DNA of 64,000 bases from Octopus sinensis (lineage: Eukaryota): positions 90,768,001 through 90,832,000 of the forward strand of contig NC_043002.1 in NCBI RefSeq assembly GCF_006345805.1, written 5' to 3'. Under the pieces are notes generated by a model, which made no database searches, was not told the DNA's origin, and worked only from the letters and a program-made list of their open reading frames with translations. How positions within the stretch are numbered: the first letter of the stretch is position 1; every line of letters begins with the position of its first letter. Made by a program: the position numbers and the translations under genes. Shown one piece after another: positions 26,150 through 38,239 of the stretch.

Positions 26150-26633
26150 GTTTTATCTTGAGTTTAAGCAATCAAATATACTTGGTCATTCACTAAAAGA
26201 GAGTTTATGCATAAAAAAAGAAAGAACTCAATAAAACTATAATATAGCAATATGTTAAAGAAGAATTAACAATATTCTCTAGCAACTAATGTAGAAGGGA
26301 TCAAATGTTTGCTTAAGCATCACTTTGCTACCAAATCCTTTAAATGTGTTACACTTTCTCAGAAATATTATAACTTGCATGGTTTAGTTTTTGAAATTTA
26401 GAGTTGATTAGATGTCTCAGCCATAAATACCGCTAGAGAATTTAGTAATTAATAATAGTAATAATAGTTAGTTAATTCTCTAACCAGTCTGGAATGATCT
26501 ACTTTCATACATTTCAGTGACAGAAAAAGACTTATCTTGTTTTAATAGTAAAATCCGTTACTGTCAACAAGGGAAACAACTCAGCTATTCCACCGACATT
26601 ATAATGGTCGCTATTACGTTCAACCCACCCCTC

Positions 26634-26669
<36 letters not shown>

Positions 26670-26853
26670 CGCTCTCTCACAAAAAAAAAAAAAGATTTCA
26701 GATCCATCTTTACAGTAAGCAAGGCTATATTATTAAATGTTTCCATGTCATTGGGCCAGGACTACGTTGAGAACATTAAATTGTCTGGATTAAAACGAAA
26801 AACAATATATACATACATACATTCATACATACATACATACATACATACATACA

Positions 26854-26889
<36 letters not shown>

Positions 26890-26890
26890 C

Positions 26891-26956
<66 letters not shown>

Positions 26957-27399
26957 ATATAATATATATATATATATATTACATACAAAAATATATATAT
27001 ATATTATATATATATATATATAGATAGATAGATAGATATACACTCTGAGAGTTTAGTGGGTACTTTTTACGTGCCACCGGCACGGGGCTCGGTCAGGCAG
27101 TACTGGCAACGACCTCGCTCGATCCAGTAAGGCGACATTGGTAATGATCACACTCGAATGGTGCCCTTTTACGTGCCACTAGCACAGAAGCCAGTTGGCT
27201 GCTCTGACAACAATCACACTCGGTTGGTGCTCTTGGCACCCTATGTTTCTAGTAATTCTAAGTTTAGCCAAAACACAGTGAATTATTATCTTTGCTCACT
27301 CCCTGCATCAGCAGTGATGTAATTATGGATGTACCTGATGCTATACATTATGTTGCAGTGATTCCATAACTCTAGCAGAATTTGTTTTATCTTTTATTT

Positions 27400-27583
27400 T
27401 TGATTTGTTTCAGTCATTAGACTGTGGCCATGCTGGGGCATCACTTTGAGGAATTTTAGTTGAATGAATTGACCCTAGTACTTATTGATCTCTCTTGCCA
27501 AACTGTTAAGTTACGGGGGATGTGAACACCAGTTGAAAAGTGATGGTAGGAGGCAAATGCACGCACACACACACACACACACA

Positions 27584-27614
<31 letters not shown>

Positions 27615-27740
27615 ATGAGCTTCTTTCAGTTTTTATCTACCAAATCCACTCACAAGGCTTTGGTTGGTCCAAAGCTATAGTAGAAGACAGTTGCCCAAGG
27701 TGCCATGCAGTGACACTGAACCTAGAACCACACAGCCTCA
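27400..27740 (-). mobile_element. SINE family A, diverged
   Basis: Family A reverse complement with (CA)n. Confidence 0.7.
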
Positions 27741-28593
27741 CACCACAAAAAAAAAAAAAAATACAACCATAAAGATATTATCTTATGAGTAGTTGAAATT
27801 TGTGATACTTTATTAAGATATGGCATTTTGAAAATGTCTCAATTTAGTTGTGTTACTCGAAGTACATCATCATCATCATCATCATCCTTTAATATCTGTT
27901 TTCCATTCAGAGATAAGTTAGACGGTTTAGCAGGAGCTGCAGGGCTGTGTTGAGATCCAGTGTCATCCTTGAGATGTTTTCTACAGCTGGATGCCTTTCC
28001 TAATACCAACCCCTCTGCAGTGTGTACTTTGAGATTGTTGTAGAAAAACCTTTCCAGTAATTCTAAGCTTAGCCAAAATACCCCATGCATCAGCAGTGCT
28101 GTACATTATGTTGCAGTGATTCCATAACTCTAGCAGAATCTCTTCATGTCACCAATTCTAGTGAGATCACCAATTAACTTGCATGAGAGAAAAGAACAGG
28201 TAAACCCCCACTTGACTAAGTGAGTACGGTGGGGTTATTTGAGAAGGCAAGGTTACTTTATACCAAGGTGAGAGTTTAAAGTATGATAGAGGTACAAGAA
28301 AAGGTGTCTTGCTATAAAGAAGGTGTCTTGCTATAAAGAAAACACATGGATACCCCACATTATATAAGGGTGGAAGGGAGTGGCAGGTATGAATATAAAA
28401 ATGGTAGAGAAGAGATGTTCCCCCCCACACACACACACACTTACATGCACACATACTTACACCCAAATATACAGAACAATGGTAAAATTCATCAGTTACC
28501 AAGTTTGACATCTTCCAACAAACATTAAAATGTCTTTGGTAAGATTCAAGTTTTGTACATGATGTGGGTCTACATTTTGAGATATTCAAAATG

Positions 28594-28744
28594 TCCATAC
28601 TGGTGCCCATACTGGAGCCCATACTGGTGCCCATACTGATGCCCATACTGGTGCCCATACTGGAGCCCATACTGGTGTCCATACTGGTGCCCATACTGGT
28701 GCCCATACTGGAGCCCATACTGGGGCCCATACTGGTGCCCATAT
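28594..28744. repeat. 12-bp minisatellite (CCCATACTGGWG) x12.5
   Basis: Direct count of tandem units; the repetitive MGTS/PILV/WAPV ORFs are its translations. Confidence 0.95.
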
Positions 28745-28817
28745 CAAGTACTTGTGCTGGTACCACACAAAAAGCACCTATGCTGATGCTACATATAAAG
28801 TACCGGTACTGATGCTG

Positions 28818-29120
28818 CACTTAGTGGTTAGGCTCTTCGGCTCATGATTGTAAGGTCATGAGTTCAATTCCTGGTGATGCATTGTGTCCTTGAGTAAGAC
28901 ACTTTATTTCACGTTGCTCCAGTCCACTCTGCTGGCAAAATTCAGTAGCACTTGTATTTCAAAGGGCCACCTTTGTCACATTCTGTGTCAAGCTGGATCT
29001 CCCTGGGAACTATGTTAAAGACACACGTGTCTGTGGAGTGCTCAACCATTTATGCATTAATTTCATGAGCAGACTGTTCCGTTGATCAGATCAACTGGAA
29101 CCCTCAACCCTCGTTATCAT
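28818..29120 (+). mobile_element. SINE family B, head-2/tail-2 type
   Basis: tgtgtccttgagtaagacactttatttcacgttgctcc head joined to the tgtatttcaaagggcc... tail of 56449-56820. Confidence 0.7.
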
Positions 29121-29599
29121 AATCGATGGAGTGGCAATGATGCCACATAAAAAGCACCCAGTACACGCTGTAAAGTGGTTGACGTTAGGAAGGGCATCAA
29201 GCCATAGAAATCATTCCAAGTGGAGCCTGGTACAACTCTCCAGCTTGCCAACTACTGTCAAATCATCCAAACTATGCTATCATGGAAAATGGACATTAAA
29301 TGGTGATGATGATGATGATGATGATGGTAATAGGGATTGCTCCTTATCTTGACTTAACCCTTTAGCATTCAGATTATTCTGTCAAATGTAATGCTTATTT
29401 ATTCCTATCATTTTGTATTAATCATGAATTATCTCATAGCTTTGAGATTTCAGTGATGTAATTGTTTATTTTTAGAATGGCATTGTAGGGAAGGTGAGAG
29501 AGGCTGGATCTGGCTGGTTTAAATGCTTAAGTGTTGAGTTTCTTTCCTTTCTTTTTGCTCTGAGATTTTTCTATTAAGCCTCTGAAGCCAGCCTAATAA

Positions 29600-29985
29600 A
29601 TATCTTAATCTCTCTCTCACTCTCTCTCTCTCTTCCTTTTTCTCTCTCTCTCTCTCAATCTCACTCTCTCTCTCCTCTTCCCTCTCCCTCCTTCACCTCT
29701 CCTTCTTTCTTTCCCTTTCCTCTCTCTCACTTCATCTCCTTCTCCCCTCCGTCCCTCCCTCTCTCACCCGTCCGTCCCCCTCTCTCTCCACTCATCCCTC
29801 CCTATCTCTCCCCTCTGTTCCTCCCCCTCTCCTCCGTCCATTCCCCTCTCTCCCCACACTTTCTTTCTCTATCTTTCCCTTTTCCTCTCCCTTTCTCCCC
29901 TCTCTTACACCTTCTCTCTTATCCCCCATCCCCCTCTCTTTCTCAGTCTGTCTGTCTGTCTCTGCCTGCCTGCCTGCCTGCCTGC

Positions 29986-30016
<31 letters not shown>

Positions 30017-30022
30017 CCTCTC
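29600..30022. repeat. About 420-bp CT-rich polypyrimidine low-complexity tract
   Basis: Almost purely C/T on the + strand, ending about 45 nt upstream of exon 30068. Confidence 0.9.
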
Positions 30023-30067
30023 AGTATTTATAATCTTTCATTATCTCTTCTGTAACTTTTTTTCCAG

Positions 30068-30137
30068 GTCACTAATTCCAAAAAAACTTATTACTTGACT
30101 GCCGATTCTGCCATGGAAGTTGACCGTTGGGTTCGAT
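30068..30137 (+). CDS. PLEKHH1/PLEKHH2: PH domain 1 C-terminal exon (VTNSKKTYYLTADSAMEVDRWVR)
   Basis: tttccag acceptor, gtaagt donor; phase 0 to 1; KKTYYLTADS...W motif of PLEKHH PH1. Confidence 0.95.
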
Positions 30138-30366
30138 GTAAGTAGAATGGTAAAAATGTTTTATGACCAATTGATAATTACTAAATACACAGCCATTGAA
30201 GACTAGTGACTGTGTCCTTTATTTGAAGCTTTTCAACTTCAACAGAAGCGTTTACTCTATGAATGCAAACAAACCAACACAAAACATATTTGCTGATAAC
30301 TTATTGTATCAAACTGTTGTAAATTTTACTGTTGCAAATGGCAAACAGGGGATTAAGTCAGCATAT

Positions 30367-30775
30367 GGATCTTTTTGGCTTGAACGGCAGTTTTTTCTAG
30401 CGGTGTCATATGAAATTGTCACCCATAATTATGACCCTAGTATCGATCTATTGCATTTCTATCTGTTTTAGCGTTAGGGGTGGGAGGAAGGGTATCTTTT
30501 TTTCTTCACAAATGTAAATAAACCCAATCTGTTTATTAAATGGGGGACATATTCATACGGCACAGAATGTTTTTTACTTCAATAGATGTAATTGATTGGT
30601 TGAAATTGCAGAAAGTGCAGAAAAAAAACAACAAATATCTTACAAACTATAGAACTTTCTCAATAAAGCCAAGAGAAAAAGATGTTTTATAAACACATTC
30701 TACTAGTATACAAAGTTAAAAATTTTTTAGTTACCTAGAAATTGTTAAGAACTGCCGTTCAAACTGAAAAGATCC
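30367..30775. mobile_element. MITE family F, full length
   Basis: TIRs GGATCT...AGATCC; perfect 8-bp TSD cagcatat. Confidence 0.9.
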
Positions 30776-31088
30776 CAGCATATTACTAGGCACTAGCTAT
30801 GCTTTATAGTATAACTAGTATATATTAGTCCATTCAAACAACAAAAAACAAAAAGTTAAAAAACAGAGAAAAAAGAAAATGAACGTGAGTACATGCAAAA
30901 GCAATATATTAATTTGACACTCGGTGAAAGGAGAGTTGTAAATATTTTGAGCATAGCTCTGTGTCAAAAAAGAGAAAAGTCTAAAGAGAAAGAGGGAAAA
31001 ATCACCAACAATCTTTATTTCAGAAGTGGCCGGAAGTGGAAGTAAAAAGAGAAAGTGGTTCTGGGACAGGAGAGTGTAAAGATGGTCA

Positions 31089-31151
<63 letters not shown>

Positions 31152-31255
31152 TGCATGGCACCATGTGTGCATGTGGTAGTGCATCTGTGAGTGTGTGATA
31201 ACATGTGTTTGTGAGGTGTGTGTGTATATATATATATATATCTATATATATATAT

Positions 31256-31910
31256 ATATTATATTAAATTAGAGATAAAACCACTATTAGGCAAATCATA
31301 CAATGAAAAACTTAAGCCAATACATAAGATTATTTAATTTATATTATTTAAATATATAACAAAATTATTAAAAAAATAAAATTAATTATATTTTTTTAAT
31401 AATTTTGTTATATATTTTAATAATATAATTAAATAATCTTATGTATTGGCTTAAGTTTTTCATTGTATGATTTGCCTAATAGTGGTTTTATCTCTAATTT
31501 AATATAATATGATATTTTACTATAAAATTGGATTCAATCCTAAATCTGATTTTTCCCTGTAAGTTTGGATTTATTCCCTAATATTTATTATATATATATA
31601 TATATATACATACATATATGGTGGTTGTCTATTCCTTATGCAGAGTCTGAACACTGCTTAAACACTTCTATCCTGGCATCTGATGTGTTTATTTTAAACC
31701 AGAAAATGTTTTGAAAAGACATCCACATAAATTGCATATCTGGTTCAGACTACTAGTTAAGTTCTGATCTTTGTGAATCTTAAAATGTCTATTGAGGTCT
31801 CTGTTAAGTTGGCAGATCTTATGGCATACAAGGCAATGAATGGTGTGCACAGATATACAAACAAGAAAGTGACAAGTATAAGTTTGTTTATATGTGTCTA
31901 TATATGCGTC

Positions 31911-31942
<32 letters not shown>

Positions 31943-32609
31943 CTATATATATATATATATTATATTAAATTAGAGATAAAACCACTATTAGGCAAATCAT
32001 ACAATGAAAAACTTAAGCCAATACATAAGATTATTTAATTTATATTATTTAAATATATAACAAAATTATTAAAAAAATAAAATTAATTATATTTTTTTAA
32101 TAATTTTGTTATATATTTTAATAATATAAATTAAATAATCTTATGTATTGGCTTAAGTTTTTCATTGTATGATTTGCCTAATAGTGGTTTTATCTCTAAT
32201 TTAATATAATATGATATTTTACTATAAAATTGGATTCAATCCTAAATCTGATTTTTCCCTGTAAGTTTGGATTTATTCCCTAATATTTATTATATATATA
32301 TATATATATACATACATATATGGTGGTTGTCTATTCCTTATGCAGAGTCTGAACACTGCTTAAACACTTCTATCCTGGCATCTGATGTGTTTATTTTAAA
32401 CCAGAAAATGTTTTGAAAAGACATCCACATAAATTGCATATCTGGTTCAGACTACTAGTTAAGTTCTGATCTTTGTGAATCTTAAAATGTCTATTGAGGT
32501 CTCTGTTAAGTTGGCAGATCTTATGGCATACAAGGCAATGAATGGTGTGCACAGATATACAAACAAGAAAGTGACAAGTATAAGTTTGTTTATATGTGTC
32601 TATATATGC

Positions 32610-32650
<41 letters not shown>

Positions 32651-32660
32651 TATATATATA
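31256..32660. repeat. About 702-bp tandem duplication; each unit holds a 255-bp palindrome and a minus-strand C2H2-type LINE-like fragment
   Basis: atattaaatt at 31261 and 31962; gtggttg at 31621 and 32323; units bounded by (TA)n. Confidence 0.9.
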
Positions 32661-32724
32661 CACACACACACACACATATATATATATACATATATACATA
32701 TAGACACGTATATACACACATATA

Positions 32725-33352
32725 CGATGAGGTGGTCAAGAATGACCTTCGAATGTTGGGCCTCACGATGAAAAACCGAGACCTTTGGAGATATGCTGTG
32801 ACTGCGAAGACCCGACAAATAAAGTGTGTCCACGGCATATCCTACATCAGCTTCACATAACCAGTCCCAGCCCATTCAAAGTACTTTGGATCGTAGGACA
32901 ACCTGCTGTGCTTACCTTGGATTGTAGGGTCACCTGCTGTGCTTGAGGAGACTTCTTGAGTAAAGTACATCAACACCAACATCAAAATAAAAATCAAATG
33001 GAAATTGTAGTTGTGATACCCGTGCTGGTGGCACATAAAAAGCACCATCCGGACGTGGCCGATGCCAGCACCACCTTGACTGGCTTCCGTGCCGGTTGCA
33101 CATAAAATGCACTAACCAATTATGGCCATTGCTAGCCTCCTCAGGCCCCTGTGCTGGTGGCACGTAAAAGGTGCCCACTACACTCATGGAGCGGTTGGTG
33201 TTAGGAAGGGCATCCAGCTGTAGAAACACTGCCAGATCAGTCTGGAGCCTGGTGCAGCCACCTGGTTTCCCAGACCCCGGTTGAAGCATCCAACCCATGC
33301 TAGCATGGAAAATGGACGTTAAACGATGATGATGATGATGATGTTGATGATG
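32725..33352 (+). mobile_element. RTE LINE 3' end: ORF terminus plus a long 3' UTR equal to family D
   Basis: [15 protein letters not shown]...NRDLWRYAVTAKTR followed by three family D units and a (GAT)n tail. Confidence 0.8.
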
Positions 33353-33360
33353 ATACACAT

Positions 33361-33750
33361 GCAGGAGTGGTTGTGTGGTAAGTAGCTTGCTAACCAACCA
33401 TATGGTTCTGGGTTCAGTCCCACTATGTGGCACTTTGGGTAACTGTCTTCTACTTTTGTCTTGGGCTGACCGAAGCCTTGTAAGTGGATTTGGTGGACAG
33501 AAACTGAAAGAAGCCTGTCGTAATTATATGTGTGTGTGTGTATATATATTGGTGTTTCTCTTTGTCTCCCCACTGTCACTTGACAACCGACATCAGTATG
33601 TTTACATCCCCGTAACTTAGCAGTTTGGCAAAAGAGACCGATAGAATAAATACTAGGCTTACTAAGAATAAGTCCTGGGGTTGATGGGGTTGATTTGTTC
33701 GACTAAAGGCAGTGCTCTAGCATGGCCACAGTTAAATGACTGAAACAAAT
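33361..33750 (+). mobile_element. SINE family A
   Basis: Full family A; tail-to-tail with 33785-34247. Confidence 0.85.
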
Positions 33751-33784
33751 AAAATATATATATATATATATTCTTTTATTTTCG

Positions 33785-34003
33785 TTTACTTGTTTCAGTC
33801 ATTTGACTGCAGCCATGCTGGAGCAATGCCTTTAGTCGAACAAATTAACCCCAGGACTAATTCCTTGTAAGCCTAGTACTTATTCTATTGCTCTCGTTTG
33901 CTGAACTGCTAAGTTAAAGGGATGTAAACACACCAATATTCGTTGTCAAGTGATGGTAGGTTGACAAACACTGACACACAACTATGTACGCACACACACA
34001 CAC

Positions 34004-34041
<38 letters not shown>

Positions 34042-34247
34042 TATATATATTATATATATATATATATATACATATATATATGTATATATGTAGATATGTG
34101 ACAGGCTTCTTTCAGTTTCCATCTACCAAAACCGCTCACAAGGCTTTAGTTGGCCCAAGGCTATAGTAGAAGACACTCGCCCAAGGTGCCATTCAGCGGA
34201 ACTGAATCTGGAACCATGTGGTTGTGAAGCAAGCTTCTTACCACACA
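33785..34247 (-). mobile_element. SINE family A
   Basis: Full family A reverse complement with expanded (TA)n. Confidence 0.85.
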
Positions 34248-34279
34248 TATACATACATTTATATATATATATATATATG

Positions 34280-34315
<36 letters not shown>

Positions 34316-34834
34316 AATACAATACATCACATTATCTGAGATTTATGTACATTATACTGTAGGGTATAATATATATACATATATATATATTACAATATAG
34401 TTTTCTGTATACTACTGATACTATAGTGTTGTGTATAGCATGATAAATACTGTTTACCCTGCAGTATAATGTACATAAATCTCAGATTATGTGATATATT
34501 GTGGTGTATTGTATTTACACTGTAAAATAGTGTGGTCGTAGTATATATTATCTCTAGAGTTGTATAGCATGCAACACCACCTTTCCAGATGCTGACTGTC
34601 TAGAGAACAACTTAAAATATGAGCTAATTTACAAGTGGAACTTCCAATTCCTACAGCTGCTAGACCAGTTTACTGGTACCTTAATAAACAGAGTGTCACT
34701 TGTAATAGTAACTGTTCTGAACCATAGTAGAATATAATATATACTATTTATACTGTTGATATTGTAATATACCGTAGTGTATACTGCAATATTCTGTTCT
34801 GTTATTCGGATCAAATAAAACCCTTGTCATTGTA

Positions 34835-35185
34835 ACCAACCATATGGTTCCGGGTTCAGTCCCACTGCGTGGCACCTTGGGCAAGTGTCTTCTACTATAG
34901 TCTCGTGCCAACCAAAGCCTTATGAGTGGATTTAGTAGACGGAAACTGAAGGAAGCCCATCGTATATATGTATACATGTATGTATGTGTGTGTATATATT
35001 TGTGTGTCTGTGTTTGTCCCCCAACATTGCTTGACAACCAATGGTGGTGTGTTTATATCCCTGTAACTTAGCGGTTCGGCAAAAAAAACTAATAGAATAA
35101 GTACTAGGCTTCCAAAGAATAAGTCCTGGGGTCGATTTGCTCCAGCATGGCCGCAGTCAAATGACTGAGACAAGTAAAAGAGTAA
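34835..35185 (+). mobile_element. SINE family A, 5'-truncated
   Basis: Family A body and tail. Confidence 0.8.
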
Positions 35186-35249
35186 ACTTTATCTTGTCCA
35201 TATAACCCCTTACCTAATTGCTTATTATCAACAATATAATAACCCTTTC

Positions 35250-35458
35250 TACTAAAGGCACAAGGCTAGAAATTTTCGGATAGAGTACTAGTCAATTACA
35301 TTGACTCCAGTACTCAACTGGTACTTAATTTGTTGACCCTGAAAGGATAAAAAGCAAAGTTGACCTCAGTGGTATTTGAACTCAGAATGTAAAGATGGAG
35401 GAAATGCCACTAAGCATTTTGCCTGCTGTGCCAACATTTCTGCCAGTTCACTGCCTTA
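35250..35458 (-). mobile_element. SINE family C (alternative tail)
   Basis: Reverse complement of family C. Confidence 0.7.
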
Positions 35459-35852
35459 TTTATCATTATATAATAGTCTAAGAATACATGATCAACAAGG
35501 GGTAATTATACTTGTGTTTTGATGTTGTCATCCGTTCATCTCTCAATTTATCTGCTCTATGCAACATAACGAATTTAATGAGATTATTCTCTACATCTTC
35601 CATGCTGCAAAATATTCAAATATTACCTGCAGATACAGAAATTTTCTTCAGTATTACATAAACATACTTTGTACATATAAACTGTTGAATATAAGAAAAC
35701 TATGAAAACATCCTTGCATTGTCATTCTTGTCTATGCAACCACTTCTCTAATTGCTTATTATCAACGATATGATAATGACCTTCACAAAGTGTTGCTAAA
35801 AGGAAAATTGCAGTGTTTAAAAATTATGAGAAACACTGCTCTAAAAAAATAA

Positions 35853-36318
35853 TATTCCTTAGAGTGTAGATATGCCATAATATACATCTGGAAGATCCTG
35901 GAAGGACTTGTCCCAAACTTTGGCATCGAGAGTTACACAAATACTAGAACTAGGCACCACTGCATAGTGCCAAGGACTCCAAATTTGCCATCAAGATGTA
36001 GGACAAGATACTGTGATAGCCTGGGCTTCAGAGGTCCACAGTTCTTCAATATCCTCCCAAAGGACCTGAGAGACCTGCATGGGGTGGATGCAGATGTCTT
36101 TAAAATAAAGCTTGACCTCGTCCTGTCAGGTGTCCCAGATGAATCAACTTCATGGCAGGAGGTACAGATGAGGACAGCTGCATCAAACTCTCTCATGCAC
36201 CAAATGACAATTGCTAAAAAAGCATTTGTGAAGTAAAATCATGTAGCAATACTGAATGGTGGTGCCACAGCATGGCCACAGCTCGTGAGCTGAAACTAAA
36301 TGAAATGAAATGAAATGA
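35853..36318 (+). mobile_element. CR1-like LINE 3' end (ORF2 C-terminus, 3' UTR, (TGAAA)n tail)
   Basis: YSLECRYAIIYIWKILEGLVPN...DSLGFRGPQFFNILPKDLR...FKIKLDLVLSGVPDE...AASNSL; stop at 36234-36. Confidence 0.85.
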
Positions 36319-36824
36319 TACCCAACAAAAGTAACACAATACAAATCTCTGTTAGTCCCAGAAAGATGGTTCTGCAATTTCTTGCTAATCAACCTGCACA
36401 AATGATTTGTTTATAGTGATCAAATGTATGTGCTGTATATTAGTTCACTCCCTCCATCAAATCAATGTTGCTTGAACAGCTGCATGGTATTACCACATGT
36501 CAGGTGTCAAAGTGATCATAGAGCAACAAGAAATGAAGAGTTTTACTCAAAAACACAATGCACCACCTTGTGCAGGAACTGAAACCATGATCTCTCAGTT
36601 GTGAATGCAACACCTTAACCACTAGGCCATGCACCCTCACATAACCCAATACATATTTTACATAATAACTAAGCAACAAAAATATTATTCATGAATTTGT
36701 TTTGCAAGATTCCTGATTTGAAATCATGTGTTGAAATAGATATTGTTATATTTTGGGATGGTCATTTTTTTCTTGCCAAATAAACACACATACTATGTAT
36801 TCACCCTTCACTCACTTATTATTG

Positions 36825-37241
36825 GGATCTTTTCAGTTTGAACAGCAGTTTTTAACATAATTTCTAGGTAACTAAAAAATTTTAAACTTCGTATACTGGT
36901 AGAATGTGTTTATAAAACATCTTTTTCTCTAAGCTTTATTGAGAAAATTCTATAGTTTGTAAGATATTTGTTGTTTTTTTTCTTCAATTTCTGCAATTTC
37001 AACCAATCACTGACATCTATTGAGGTAAAAAATATTCTGTGCCGTATGAATATGTCCCTCGTTTAAGAAACAGATTGGGTTTATTTACATTTGTGAAGAA
37101 AAAAAGATACCCTTCTCCCCACCCCTAACCCTAACCCTAAAATAGATTGAAATGCAATAGATCGATACTAGGGTCATAATTATGGGTGATAATTTCATAT
37201 GACACCGCTAGAAAAAACTACCGTTCAAACCGAAAAGATCC
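36825..37241. mobile_element. MITE family F, full length, (CCCTAA)3
   Basis: TIRs present; perfect 8-bp TSD tattattg. Confidence 0.92.
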
Positions 37242-37265
37242 TATTATTGTTCTTATTTTATCTGC

Positions 37266-37490
37266 TATGTCCATTGTCTGGAAATCTTTTGTTACACATC
37301 TGTGACTTCTTCAGCAACTCTTCCATCCACGTGTTTCCTACTGTTCTGTTTACTCCATATGTTTCCTCTTGTTCTGTTTACTCCTGTTCTGTTTAGAATA
37401 GACTAAACACAACAGAAGGAAACATGTGGATAAAAGAGTTACTGAAGAGGTCACAGATGTGTGATGAAAGATTTCCTGACAATGGACATA
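37266..37490. repeat. Fold-back inverted repeat (arms of about 88 bp) containing a hammerhead-like motif at 37438-37480
   Basis: tatgtccattgtctggaaatc... versus ...gatttcctgacaatggacata; CTGAAGA-GTCACA/TGTGAT-GAAA in the right arm. Confidence 0.8.
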
Positions 37491-37894
37491 AGATAAATTA
37501 AAACAATAATAAATGAGTGAAGAACAAATATATATATAGTGTGTGTGTGTATATTTGGCAAGACAAAAGAAAAAACAACAACCATCTGAAATATAACACA
37601 ACCCACAGAATACTTATTCTACACAGCAAACAGGCAAAAACACAAAAACATCACCAAAAACAACAAAAGCAAAGCATGTAATGCACAAATACAACTTTAC
37701 ATTTTGATAGACAAAGCTGCACACATCTCAAAAAGCTTAAAAAGCTCAAAAAAGTGGCAATGCCCCAAGTGGCACAGCAGAAATACTGATAAAAACATAA
37801 TGATGATAACACCACCATCTCATCGTTATATCACAAATCTTCTGCTTGTTGTGATGAGCTGTACATGTCCTTGGTACCTATTTACAAATTGTGA

Positions 37895-38195
37895 AGGTGT
37901 GTGGTCGAGTGGTTAGGGTATTTGGCTTACAATCATAAGGTGGTGAGTTCGATTCCTGGTGGAACATTGTGTCCTTGAGCAAGACACTTTATTTCATGTT
38001 GCTCCACTCCACTCAGCTGGTAAAAATGAGTTGAACCTGTGTTTCCAAGGGCCAGCTTTGTCACATTCTGTATTATGCAGAATCTCTCTTAGAACTACAT
38101 TAAGGGCATGCATGTCTGTGAAGTACTCAGCCACTTGCATGTTAATTTAACAAGTAGGCTCTTCCATTAATCAGGTCATCTGGAATCTGAAAGAA
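37895..38195 (+). mobile_element. SINE family B, head-2/tail-2, diverged
   Basis: Same modules as 28818-29120. Confidence 0.65.
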
Positions 38196-38239
38196 TATGA
38201 TTTTATTTACAAAAACAAGACCTGCGCCAGTGAATCACC

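Noticed and set aside
26517-27023. Long ORFs rich in YI/HT/VC dipeptides (also 43928-44310, 32391-32875, 10364-10796 and others)
   Set aside because: They are translations of (TA)n, (CA)n and (CATA)n microsatellites.
28167-28820. 217-aa ORF with MGTS repeats and a CRISPR-like periodic look
   Set aside because: It is a 12-bp tandem minisatellite with no spacers and no cas genes, in a eukaryotic intron.
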